In this document: positions 56,597 through 64,000 of the stretch, piece by piece | Numbering within the stretch: position 1 is the first letter of the stretch | Layout: each line of letters opens with the position of its first letter | NCBI GenBank assembly: GCA_017462485.1 | Contig: JAFTRA010000006.1 | Span: forward strand, 1,275-65,274 | Origin: Clostridia bacterium | Lineage (GTDB): Bacteria > Bacillota > Clostridia > Oscillospirales > CAG-272 | Reading direction: 5' to 3' | Length of the DNA stretch: 64,000 nucleotides | Translations under genes and position numbers: made by a program | The notes under the pieces: model-generated | The model's input: the letters and a program-made list of their open reading frames with translations, nothing else | Database searches by the model: none | What the model was told of the DNA's origin: nothing

Positions 56597-57748
56597 TCAA
56601 TTTGAAATGAAGCGTTCCTCTCCCACGTCTTTAAGCTGGGATACTGTTGACGCCATTCTGTAACCGCCGTCGGTGAACTCTCCGTACGTTCTTATTTTGA
56701 TAAGCTCCGAATCCGAAAGCTTCATAATTCTCAGCTTCGCAAGGCGCGACGATGCTACCGTGAGAAGCTCCTTATCGCTATAAGTTCTCTCGTTTACGGC
56801 AACGTCGGCACTGTAAGTTTTATATATTCCGAACGGCAGACGGTACTTTCCAAGCACCGTACATTCTTTTACATCTTCTATTATAACATAATCATTATTG
56901 CTTTTTCTATAATTTTTAAAAATATTTATCGAAAATTTGAAAATTTTCACTCTTACGGACAAAAGCTTCTCCTCTCCGTATGACTTGAAGCTTTCTCGCC
57001 TTGGCACTTCGACCGAAATTTCTTCCGAAAAGCTGCCGAGAATTTCACCCTCCGCACGAACGAATCCGCCGCCAAGCTCTGCGGGTATAACACCCGAAAT
57101 CAGAAGCTGCCCTGCTTTTACGGTATCTCCCGCTTTCACGTGAGCTATACCCTGCTTTACCGTTATTTCCTCGATAACACAATCGCGCGATGCTACTAAA
57201 TTTGAATATAAGCCGGAGTCGTCGGATTGCTCGTAAACGGTTTTCTCTTTCACGGTTACGTATGCCACGTTTCCACGTCTGTTTATATTGAGCCAGCCTA
57301 TTTTTTCGGATTTTTCAAGGGTACTCCTTTCCACTTCACTAAACGAAAGTGAACGCCACGAAGCTCCCACCGAAAGACCCGCGGCAGCAAGCTCTTCTTC
57401 TACGGCAGCGGTGGGAACCTCTTCATTTCCGGATACTCTTACGTCCCACACGAAAAGTGAAGAAAAAATCATATATACCGAAACTATCAAAAGAGCGGCG
57501 AGAATTCCGCGCCTCTTTGAAAGATTTATGGCAAAAGCAGGCAAGCACTTTATTTCTTCTTCGGTATATTCTATGCCCGAAAGAGCGCTTCTGTATTTCT
57601 TCAAGCGGAAAAGAGGAACTGTAAATTCTCCGTCCTCCGAAAATTTTGCCGTAAGTCCAAGACTTATGAATCTGCCCGCAACACGAGAGACGTCTCCTTT
57701 ATCAACCCGAAAGCGTTTTCCACCGAATAAAAACGTATCAATTCTCAC
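56597..57748 (-). CDS. yqfD: Sporulation protein YqfD
   Basis: The 383-aa protein has a single central transmembrane segment. It has the conserved yqfC-yqfD-phoH-ybeY order, and its start overlaps yqfC by 4 nt. Confidence 0.8.
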   Translation of the reverse strand: MRIDTFLFGGKRFRVDKGDVSRVAGRFISLGLTAKFSEDGEFTVPLFRLKKYRSALSGIEYTEEEIKCLPAFAINLSKRRGILAALLIVSVYMIFSSLFVWDVRVSGNEEVPTAAVEEELAAAGLSVGASWRSLSFSEVERSTLEKSEKIGWLNINRRGNVAYVTVKEKTVYEQSDDSGLYSNLVASRDCVIEEITVKQGIAHVKAGDTVKAGQLLISGVIPAELGGGFVRAEGEILGSFSEEISVEVPRRESFKSYGEEKLLSVRVKIFKFSINIFKNYRKSNNDYVIIEDVKECTVLGKYRLPFGIYKTYSADVAVNERTYSDKELLTVASSRLAKLRIMKLSDSELIKIRTYGEFTDGGYRMASTVSQLKDVGEERFISN

Positions 57749-58041
57749 TTTGATTTCCCCCTGCGATAAGATTTTGAAACGAATGATATGGTTTCGATAT
57801 CTCCCGATATTTCCACGGTTTTTGCCTCAAAAACCGATATTCTAAGTCCCTTTCCCGTGAGTTTTATACTTTCTCTTCGAGTTATTACGCCAACTTCCTC
57901 GGAAGAAAATTCCTTGACTCCTATTATTCCAGAAATCAAGACCGACAGGTAGCTGCCACGTCCGTCAGCCTCAATGTGAAAGGCAGGAAATATTTTTTCT
58001 CCGTGCGAAAGCTTTCGTTCCCGTTTGTTTTTTTCAGTCAT
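57745..58041 (-). CDS. yqfC: YabP/YqfC-family sporulation protein
   Basis: Contains a YabP-like segment (GVKEFSSEEVGVITRRESIKLTGKGLRISVFEAKTVEISGDIETISF). The start was set at the internal ATG at 58041. Confidence 0.8.
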   Translation of the reverse strand: MTEKNKRERKLSHGEKIFPAFHIEADGRGSYLSVLISGIIGVKEFSSEEVGVITRRESIKLTGKGLRISVFEAKTVEISGDIETISFVSKSYRRGKSK

Positions 58042-58097
58042 TATTTTTCCTTTCCTTTCATAGTTTCTAGTAAAGTGTATGAGTGAGGAGATAAAAA

Positions 58098-59066
58098 ATG
58101 ACGAAGAAAACGGCAATACAAAAAAATATATATTACCGAAAAGAAAAAAAGGGGCTATCCCCCATTCTTACTCTTTTTGCTTGCTTTTTCGTTTTTATGA
58201 CCTCTCTTTTTCTTTCGGACAAAATAGCTCATTCGGTACGCTCCGGGCTATCTTTATGCGCTAAAGTTATAATCCCGTCAGTATTCCCTTTTATAGTGCT
58301 TTCGGATTTTTTATACGCTCACGCTGACTTTAGTTCGCTAAATCGTACGGGCGCGTTTTTTGAAAAAATATTCAAAATAAACAGAGTCGGCATTTACCCC
58401 TTTATGCTCGGTATTCTTTGCGGTTTTCCTCTGGGAGTTAAGTGCGCTAAGGAGCTTTATGGGGACGCAAAGCTTACAAAAGACGAAGCGGAGCGCATAA
58501 TCGGCTTTTGCAACAACACGGGTCCTGCCTTTCTTGTTTCGGGTATAGGTCTTGGACTCCGAGGTAATATTTTAGAGGGTTTTTTACTCTATTTCGTTAT
58601 GGTTGGCTCTGCGGTGATAACGGGAATTATATTCTCCAAAAGCAGCGATAACGTAGATTGCAACGTGTCATTTTCCGGCAGTGGCAGATTCTCATTCACC
58701 GAGTCAATAAAAAGCGCAGGAATTTCAACGCTCGTCATATGCTCCTATCTTACGTTCTTTGCGTGCGTTGTAGGACTTTTGAGAAATACGATAGGCGAAA
58801 ACCTTATATATATCCTTTTGGTGCCTTTGCTCGAAGTTGGAAGCGCTGCAAGTATTCTTTCAAAAACAAAGGTTATCTCCGATATACTTACGCTTTCATT
58901 AACCTCTTTTGCGGTAGGCTTTTCGGGTTTTTCGGTTCATTTTCAGGCTTTATCCTATCTTGATTCCTGCGATTTGTCAACAAAGCGTTACTTTTTAATG
59001 AAAATTACGCAAGGTATTCTTTCCTTCCTTTTAACGTTTATTATATCTTTTATTGCGCGCTTATAA
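58098..59066 (+). CDS. ylbJ: Sporulation integral membrane protein YlbJ-like (nucleoside-recognition/Gate-type domains)
   Basis: This is a polytopic membrane protein of 322 aa with IIPSVFPFIVLSDFL and CGFPLGVK motifs. It is divergent from the yqfC operon. Confidence 0.65.
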   Translation: MTKKTAIQKNIYYRKEKKGLSPILTLFACFFVFMTSLFLSDKIAHSVRSGLSLCAKVIIPSVFPFIVLSDFLYAHADFSSLNRTGAFFEKIFKINRVGIYPFMLGILCGFPLGVKCAKELYGDAKLTKDEAERIIGFCNNTGPAFLVSGIGLGLRGNILEGFLLYFVMVGSAVITGIIFSKSSDNVDCNVSFSGSGRFSFTESIKSAGISTLVICSYLTFFACVVGLLRNTIGENLIYILLVPLLEVGSAASILSKTKVISDILTLSLTSFAVGFSGFSVHFQALSYLDSCDLSTKRYFLMKITQGILSFLLTFIISFIARL

Positions 59067-59106
59067 CTAAATCTATATAATATCGGTTAGGAAAAGCAAT
59101 CAAAAC

Positions 59107-59198
59107 ATTTCAACCTTGATAAATTTAAATCTTCATAATTTTAAAGCGAAGCTTCCAGTTTTTTTTATGGAAACTTCGCTCTTTTTCGGTTCTACCTT
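59107..59198 (+). repeat. Dispersed ~90-bp repeat containing an intrinsic terminator, copy 1
   Basis: ATTTCAACCTTGATAAATTTAAATCTTCATAATTTTAAAGCGAAGCTTCCAGTTTTTTTTATGGAAACTTCGCTCTTTTTCGGTTCTACC is closely similar to 63413-63501. The embedded hairpin is AGCGAAG.TTCCA / TGGAAACTTCGCT, followed by CTTTTT. Confidence 0.85.
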
Positions 59199-59227
59199 AA
59201 TAAAAAGTCCTTTCTCATCGGTATGTA

Positions 59228-59443
59228 TTAAAATTTACAATTCTCCTTTATACAGTTGCCCATAGCAATATTTTCTTTTTCGCCTTCTGGATCAAATTCG
59301 GGAAAACAAAGCAAATAATAGTCGCACTCGTCGCAACAACACTCAAAACCTTGTTCACCGTTGCCAAGACAAAAGGGTGGCTCTCCGGGCGTGATTTCCA
59401 CACCGGTAATATCGATTATCCTTTTTTGAACATTCTTGCTCAT
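59228..59443 (-). CDS. Cys-rich 71-aa protein, function unknown
   Basis: The product is MSKNVQKRIIDITGVEITPGEPPFCLGNGEQGFECCCDECDYYLLCFPEFDPEGEKENIAMGNCIKENCKF, with 8 Cys. A GGGGGA RBS lies 4-5 nt upstream of the ATG at 59443. Confidence 0.55.
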   Translation of the reverse strand: MSKNVQKRIIDITGVEITPGEPPFCLGNGEQGFECCCDECDYYLLCFPEFDPEGEKENIAMGNCIKENCKF

Positions 59444-59678
59444 ATGTCCCCCTATCATAATATAAAAAGGTGCGCAACCGAAGTCACGCACCGAAAAACG
59501 CAAACTCCGATTGCTGCTACACAAAACCAGATAAACGGGATAATGGTATCCGACATACTACCTGATGGAATTTGCGCTTTTACCAAATTCAAAAGTAGTA
59601 TGCCTAAAAAAGGGTATAACATCCCCTATAAAAAATAGAAAGACCATTAGCCCTAAAAGTTTATTCGGTTTTGTGTAG
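59444..59678 (-). promoter_or_regulatory. Candidate riboswitch-like or attenuator leader: a 162-nt three-way-junction RNA plus an intrinsic terminator
   Basis: On the minus strand, the P1 helix pairs CUACACAAAACCGAAUAAAC with GUUUAUCUGGUUUUGUGUAG (19 of 20 positions). It is extended by GGGCUAAUGGU/ACCAUUAUCCC. The arms are hairpins AGGGGAU-GUU-AUACCCU and GGCAUACUAC...GUAGUAUGUC, the latter containing GAAUUUG-loop-CAAAUUC. The terminator GGUGCGUGACUUCGGUUGCGCACC-UUUUU follows, about 20 nt before the start codon. Confidence 0.45.
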
Positions 59679-59685
59679 CGTATTT

Positions 59686-59714
59686 ATTATATCACAATTT
59701 TTGTGTTTTGTAAA
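59686..59714 (-). promoter_or_regulatory. Sigma-A promoter firing into the structured leader
   Basis: The minus strand reads TTTACA, a 17-nt spacer, then TGaTATAAT. The -10 ends 7 nt before the base of the P1 helix. Confidence 0.55.
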
Positions 59715-59790
59715 CATTTTTTGCAAAAATTTATTGCATAACCTTCCGAGATGTAGAAAAAAAGCCTCCCTTGTGTAATTAGACAAAAAA

Positions 59791-59826
59791 GAATACGGCA
59801 TACCTCTTTCGAGACATACCGTATTC
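59791..59826 (-). terminator. Intrinsic terminator of the small lipoprotein gene
   Basis: The hairpin is GAATACGGTATG-loop-ATGCCGTATTC, followed by TTTTTT on the minus strand. Confidence 0.65.
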
Positions 59827-59888
59827 TTGCAAAACTTTCCTTTAGGAGACGAGCCTAAAAGTCTGTTTCTCTTCTATTTGTTTTTAAA

Positions 59889-60083
59889 TCAGTCTATTTC
59901 CCAATCAACCAGCGGGCCTTCAAGCTCGGGCTCGTCACCCGTAGTCGTTCCACTGTCTTTATTATTAGTACTGTCATTGTTGTTCGACTTATCATCGTCC
60001 TTGTCATCATTACCAAAAAGGGTACACGAGAACATAGAGAACGTGAGAATCAAAACAAGCAGCAGAATCAAAAGCTTTTTCAT
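59889..60083 (-). CDS. Small secreted lipoprotein with a low-complexity acidic/Asn-rich mature part
   Basis: The signal peptide is MKKLLILLLVLILTFSMFSC with a lipobox-like FSC. A D/K/N-rich region follows. The protein is 64 aa. Confidence 0.55.
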   Translation of the reverse strand: MKKLLILLLVLILTFSMFSCTLFGNDDKDDDKSNNNDSTNNKDSGTTTGDEPELEGPLVDWEID

Positions 60084-60190
60084 AACGGTTTCCTTTCGTT
60101 TTAGACAAACGTCTTTATTTTTAAAGAAACTTTGTTACCGTGAATCTAACTTGGTAAATTCACGGTAAATTGATTCTTTAGGCAAGCCGA

Positions 60191-61984
60191 TTACTTGGAA
60201 AGCCTCTCTTCAAGGGACTTAAGCTCATCGTAAAGCTCTGCGGGAACTCTGTCACCTACCTGAGCGTAGAACTGACGAATGCCTGCGCAGTCTTCGAGCC
60301 AAAGCTCCTTATCAACGGAAAGAAGGTCAGCAAGAGTTTCCTTGGTGATATCAAGTCCTTCAATGTTGATATCCTCTACGTGAGGAACGTAGCCGATAGG
60401 AGTCTCAGTAGCGTCAACCTTGCCCTCGCAACGAGCGAGAATCCAAAGAAGAACACGCATATTGTCACCAAAGCCGGGCCAGATGAAGTGACCTTCATCA
60501 TCGGTTCTGAACCAGTTAACGTGGAAAATCTTGGGGGGATTTGCAAGCTTCTTGCCCATAGCGAGCCAGTGAGCCCAATAGTCACCCATATCGTAACCAA
60601 CGAAGGGACGCATAGCCATGGGGTCACGACGAACTACGCCGACAGCTCCTGCTGCAGCCGCAGTGGTCTCAGACGCCATAATAGAACCAACGAAGGTACC
60701 GTTCTGCCAATCTCTTGACTGATATACAAGGGGAGCAGTCTTTGCGCGGCGGCCGCCGAATACGATTGCGGATACGGGAACGCCTGCGGGATCGTTGAAC
60801 TTATCGGAAATACAGGGGCAATTCTCTGCCATAGCGGTAAATCTGGAGTTGGGATGAGCGCCGGAGGTATTAACCTTATCAGCCTTATCATACTTCTTGT
60901 AATCCCACTTCTCGCCCTTCCAGTTAAGAGCGTTAACGGGAGGATTATTGTCAAGACCTTCCCACCAAACAGTATTATTGTCAAGGTTATGGCAAACGTT
61001 GGTGAAGATAGTGTCACGCATAGCGGTGTGAAGCGCGTTGGGGTTGGACTTCTCGTTAGTTCCGGGAGCAACACCGAAGAAGCCGTTCTCGGGGTTAACT
61101 GCCCAAAGTCTGCCGTCCTTACCTACACGGAGCCAAGCGATATCGTCGCCTACGCACCATACCTTATATCCCTTCTTCTTATAAATTTCCGGAGGAATAA
61201 GCATAGCAAGGTTGGTCTTTCCGCAAGCGGAGGGGAATGCAGCAGTAATGTACTTAACCTCACCCTCGGGAGTTTCCACACCGAGAATAAGCATATGCTC
61301 TGCCATCCAGCCCTCTTTTCTTCCAAGGTAGGAAGCTATACGGAGAGCGAAGCACTTCTTACCGAGAAGAACGTTTCCGCCGTAACCGGAGTTAACAGAC
61401 CAAATGGTATTGTCCTCAGGGAAATGACAGATGTATCTGTTCTCCTGGCTGAGCTCTGCTCTTGCGTGAAGTCCCTTGATGAAATCTGCGCTATCTCCAA
61501 GAGCGTCAAGAACGTTAAGTCCTACTCTTGTCATAATAATCATATTGAGAACAACGTATATAGAGTCGGTAAGCTCGATACCGTATTTTGCGAAATCAGA
61601 GCCAACTACGGACATCGAATAAGGAATAACGTACATGGGCTTTCCCTTATAAGAATTCTTGTAAAGCTTGGAAAGCTTCTCATAGCATTCCTTGGGGTCC
61701 ATCCAGTTATTGATGTTACCTGCGTCCTCTTTCTTGGATGTGCAGATAAACGTTCTGTCCTCTACTCTCGCAACGTCGTTGATTGCGGTTCTGTGAAGGT
61801 AGCAGTTAGGAAGAAGCTCCTCGTTAAGCTTGATAAGGTCGCCGCACTTGCAAGCTTCAGCGCGAAGCGCTTCGGTCTGCTCGGGAGTACCGTCGACAAG
61901 AATAATGTCAGAGGGATTAACAAGCTCTGCCATCTCTGCAATCCAAGCGTTAACATAACTGTTCTTTGTTACATTTGTGTTCAT
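60191..61984 (-). CDS. pckG: Phosphoenolpyruvate carboxykinase (GTP-dependent type)
   Basis: The 597-aa protein has the kinase-1a motif FPSACGKTNLAM and the GTP-PEPCK-type N-terminus WIAEMAELVNP. Confidence 0.93.
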   Translation of the reverse strand: MNTNVTKNSYVNAWIAEMAELVNPSDIILVDGTPEQTEALRAEACKCGDLIKLNEELLPNCYLHRTAINDVARVEDRTFICTSKKEDAGNINNWMDPKECYEKLSKLYKNSYKGKPMYVIPYSMSVVGSDFAKYGIELTDSIYVVLNMIIMTRVGLNVLDALGDSADFIKGLHARAELSQENRYICHFPEDNTIWSVNSGYGGNVLLGKKCFALRIASYLGRKEGWMAEHMLILGVETPEGEVKYITAAFPSACGKTNLAMLIPPEIYKKKGYKVWCVGDDIAWLRVGKDGRLWAVNPENGFFGVAPGTNEKSNPNALHTAMRDTIFTNVCHNLDNNTVWWEGLDNNPPVNALNWKGEKWDYKKYDKADKVNTSGAHPNSRFTAMAENCPCISDKFNDPAGVPVSAIVFGGRRAKTAPLVYQSRDWQNGTFVGSIMASETTAAAAGAVGVVRRDPMAMRPFVGYDMGDYWAHWLAMGKKLANPPKIFHVNWFRTDDEGHFIWPGFGDNMRVLLWILARCEGKVDATETPIGYVPHVEDINIEGLDITKETLADLLSVDKELWLEDCAGIRQFYAQVGDRVPAELYDELKSLEERLSK

Positions 61985-62252
61985 TGGTCTATCTCCTTAA
62001 TTATTTTATAATCAATTTCAGGCAAAACGCAAACAAAGTCCACGTTCCACAGCTACATTATATCACACTATTTCGTTTTTTGCAAGCGATATATAAAAAT
62101 ATTTTGTAGCATATGATAATTAACATTAATTTAATAATTCATTCATTTTCTGTCCCCTTTACATAAATTTATTGTTTTCGCTTCGGTACGAAATAAAAAT
62201 TCAAAAATGCCATTCTTACGCCATTTTTCTTTAGATTGGTTTTGATTTTTTG

Positions 62253-62269
62253 TGTCGAATTTTGTCGGA
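62253..62269 (+). promoter_or_regulatory. Two putative Spo0A boxes upstream of spo0A
   Basis: TGTCGAA at 62253-62259 is an exact 0A-box consensus (TGNCGAA). TGTCGGA at 62263-62269 has one mismatch. The pair is followed by palindrome TTGGTAAA-T-TTTACCAA. Confidence 0.35.
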
Positions 62270-62414
62270 ATTGGTAAATTTTACCAATTTTCGCTCGAAA
62301 TCTTTGCAAAAGAAGTGCTAAAATTAGTATTGCCTTAGTTGGAAAAATGTGGTAAAATGTATTTGTTCCCAAAATTTACCAATTAAAAATCAAAACAAGG
62401 AGAATTATTGACAA

Positions 62415-63179
62415 ATGGAAAAATCACTTAAAATTCTGATTTGCGACGAAAACACAGAGGAAAGGAAGAAAATTGCCGACATTTTGATGAAAAACATCAA
62501 GTGCAGAGCCGATGAAAGTACCGACGGTGAAAACGCTCTTCATATGGCTGGCTCCACGAGGTACGACATTATTATATGCGACTTGTGGATTCCCGGGCTC
62601 GACGGAATAGGAATAATCAAAGCTGTGAAAAAGCTCTCTCCGGAGACCTCATTTATACTTATGTCACCTATAAATAAAGAAGCCGTACTTATGGAAGCAA
62701 CCGAAGCGGGCGCTGATATATGCATATTAAAGCCTATATCAGAGACTTCACTCGTTTCTCACGTAGAGGCTATAACGAGAACGAGAGAAAAAGCAAAAGA
62801 CGAATTTGCTTCCGCACGCCCAGATATAGAATCTCACGTAACGAAAATTATTCATCAGATAGGCGTTCCCGCTCATATTAAGGGCTATCAGTATCTTCGC
62901 ACGGCGATTATTATGACCATAAACGACAATGAAATAATCAATTCGGTAACTAAAGTTCTCTATCCCTCGGTGGCTAAAAAATACAAAACTACTACCTCGA
63001 GAGTTGAAAGAGCTATCCGCCACGCAATTGAGGTTGCCTGGGACAGAGGCGACGTTGACACTCTGAACTCATACTTTGGCTATACAATTCAGAACAGCCG
63101 CGGAAAGCCCACGAACTCCGAATTCATCGCTATGATTGCGGACAATCTTCGTCTTAAGTATAAGTACAGTATGGTATAA
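62415..63179 (+). CDS. spo0A: Sporulation master regulator Spo0A
   Basis: The receiver domain is ILICDEN...[13 protein letters not shown]. The Spo0A-specific C-terminal domain is [20 protein letters not shown]...[20 protein letters not shown]. Confidence 0.95.
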   Translation: MEKSLKILICDENTEERKKIADILMKNIKCRADESTDGENALHMAGSTRYDIIICDLWIPGLDGIGIIKAVKKLSPETSFILMSPINKEAVLMEATEAGADICILKPISETSLVSHVEAITRTREKAKDEFASARPDIESHVTKIIHQIGVPAHIKGYQYLRTAIIMTINDNEIINSVTKVLYPSVAKKYKTTTSRVERAIRHAIEVAWDRGDVDTLNSYFGYTIQNSRGKPTNSEFIAMIADNLRLKYKYSMV

Positions 63180-63265
63180 AGCGTGTTTTCAAAAAATCTT
63201 TATGAGCTTTTCGCAAAATCTCTGCTTAAAGCGTATTCAAAGCGATAATGAATTTACAAACAAAA

Positions 63266-63294
63266 AAGAGCTGTTGCCACTAGCAACAGCTCTT
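63266..63294. terminator. Hairpin terminator downstream of spo0A
   Basis: The hairpin is AAGAGCTGTTGC-CACTA-GCAACAGCTCTT, flanked by an A-run and a T-containing tract. Confidence 0.55.
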
Positions 63295-63412
63295 TGGGGA
63301 CTGCTTAATTCTGAGGAGAAATCGCCCGTTGAGAAGCGATAACCGTATACAAATACGGTGAGCGACAAAACGACGATAGAAAAAGAGCATAAAAAAGGAA
63401 GAAATTCAAAGA

Positions 63413-63501
63413 ATTTCAACCTTGAGAAATTTAAACCTGCATAATTTTAGAGCGAAGCTCCGCGTTTTTTATGGAAACTTCGCTCTTTTTAGGTTCTACC
63501 T
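63413..63501 (+). repeat. Dispersed ~90-bp repeat containing an intrinsic terminator, copy 2
   Basis: ATTTCAACCTTGAGAAATTTAAACCTGCATAATTTTAGAGCGAAGCTCCGCGTTTTTTATGGAAACTTCGCTCTTTTTAGGTTCTACC aligns with copy 1 at 59107-59198 with scattered substitutions. Confidence 0.85.
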
Positions 63502-63534
63502 GAATGAAGCATTCCCTTTCGGGTAATCTCATAT

Positions 63535-64000
63535 TCAGTTTCCGTAATATTTTCTGCCTTCCATAGCGCGATAAAGCGTTATTTCGTCGGCATATTCGAT
63601 ATCTCCTCCAACGGGGATTCCGTAAGCTAAGCGGGAGACCTCGGTGCCGTAAGGCTCGAGAATACGCGCTATATATGCCGCGGTAGTATCGCCCGAGGGG
63701 GTCGGGTTAGTCGCAACTATGACTTCCTTAACCGCTCCCTCTTCTATCCGCGCGACAAGCTCTTTGATATTAAGGTCGTCGGAAGAGATATTATCAATAG
63801 GAGATAATACGCCGCCAAGAACGTGATACATTCCGCGGTAGCTTCTTACCTTTTCCATTACCATAATATCCTTTGCGCTTTCGACGACGCATATTACCGA
63901 AGAGTCACGGTTTTCGTCAGAGCATATTTCGCATTTGCCCTCCGAAGCCGTGAGCCCACAGCATACAGGGCATACTCTTATATCTCTTTTTGCTCCGATT
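63535..64000 (-). CDS. recR: Recombination protein RecR; the 5' end lies beyond the window end
   Basis: The frame stays open upstream of the listed Met. My translation gives ...RVCPVCCGLTASEGKCEICSDENRDSSVICVVESAKDIMVMEKVRSYRGMYHVLGG. That shows a C4 zinc finger followed by a Toprim domain, as in RecR. Confidence 0.9.
   Translation of the reverse strand, partial: IGAKRDIRVCPVCCGLTASEGKCEICSDENRDSSVICVVESAKDIMVMEKVRSYRGMYHVLGGVLSPIDNISSDDLNIKELVARIEEGAVKEVIVATNPTPSGDTTAAYIARILEPYGTEVSRLAYGIPVGGDIEYADEITLYRAMEGRKYYGN

Noticed and set aside
59351-59638. A 95-aa plus-strand ORF overlapping the Cys-rich gene and the structured leader.
   Set aside because: It is antisense to a better-supported small gene with an RBS. 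It spans the terminator and the aptamer-like helix and has no RBS.
62169-62372. A 67-aa minus-strand ORF in the spo0A upstream region.
   Set aside because: It lies in an AT-rich regulatory region with 0A-box-like sites. It has no RBS and a lysine/leucine-rich low-complexity translation.

Overview
This 64-kb window looks like a chromosomal segment from a spore-forming Firmicute of the class Clostridia. The taxonomic call rests on spo0A, yqfC, yqfD and ylbJ, on Firmicute-style gene order, and on many consensus sigma-A promoters. GC content looks moderate by eye.

Most of the window is core housekeeping:
- recD2, and metK with a SAM-I riboswitch
- PPi-type pfk and hslO
- ispE, then rpsF-ssb-rpsR
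- yidD and rpsT
- ylxM-ffh-rpsP-KH, then glpK and rsmA
- a P-type ATPase
- hemW-lepA, then pgm
- the yqfC-yqfD-phoH-ybeY-era-recO-mutS2 block
- GTP-type PEPCK, spo0A and recR

Accessory content is inserted between these genes:
1. A tightly coupled three-gene operon at 12590-17842 (minus strand). It encodes a TerB-N/TerB-C protein, a P-loop ATPase and an Lhr-like DEAD/DEAH helicase. This matches the Shango-type (SngABC) anti-phage architecture and is the best candidate for the system of interest.
2. A 1566-aa secreted protein with three near-identical 756-759-bp tandem LamG-type repeats and a metallophosphoesterase domain. A translationally coupled 46-codon micro-ORF, absent from the ORF track, follows it.
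3. Glycan-type accessory genes: GH38 mannosidase, heparinase II/III, an FAD oxidoreductase, a GDPD enzyme and two AraC regulators.
4. Two tRNA genes, Thr-CGU and Leu-CAA, each followed by unusual non-coding architecture. tRNA-Thr is followed by a triplicated tRNA 3' end plus terminator, with degenerate tRNA-half copies and an element bounded by 21-bp inverted repeats. tRNA-Leu is followed by an iteron-like array of short variable hairpins separated by a GATGATAT motif, then an orphan Avd-like four-helix-bundle gene.
5. Several candidate structured RNAs: a promoter-aptamer-terminator leader upstream of a Cys-rich micro-protein, and a 6S-like RNA of about 199 nt upstream of the ATPase.

All calls come from reading the sequence and the translated ORFs. 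No database or HMM searches were run, so every family assignment is a motif- and architecture-based inference.
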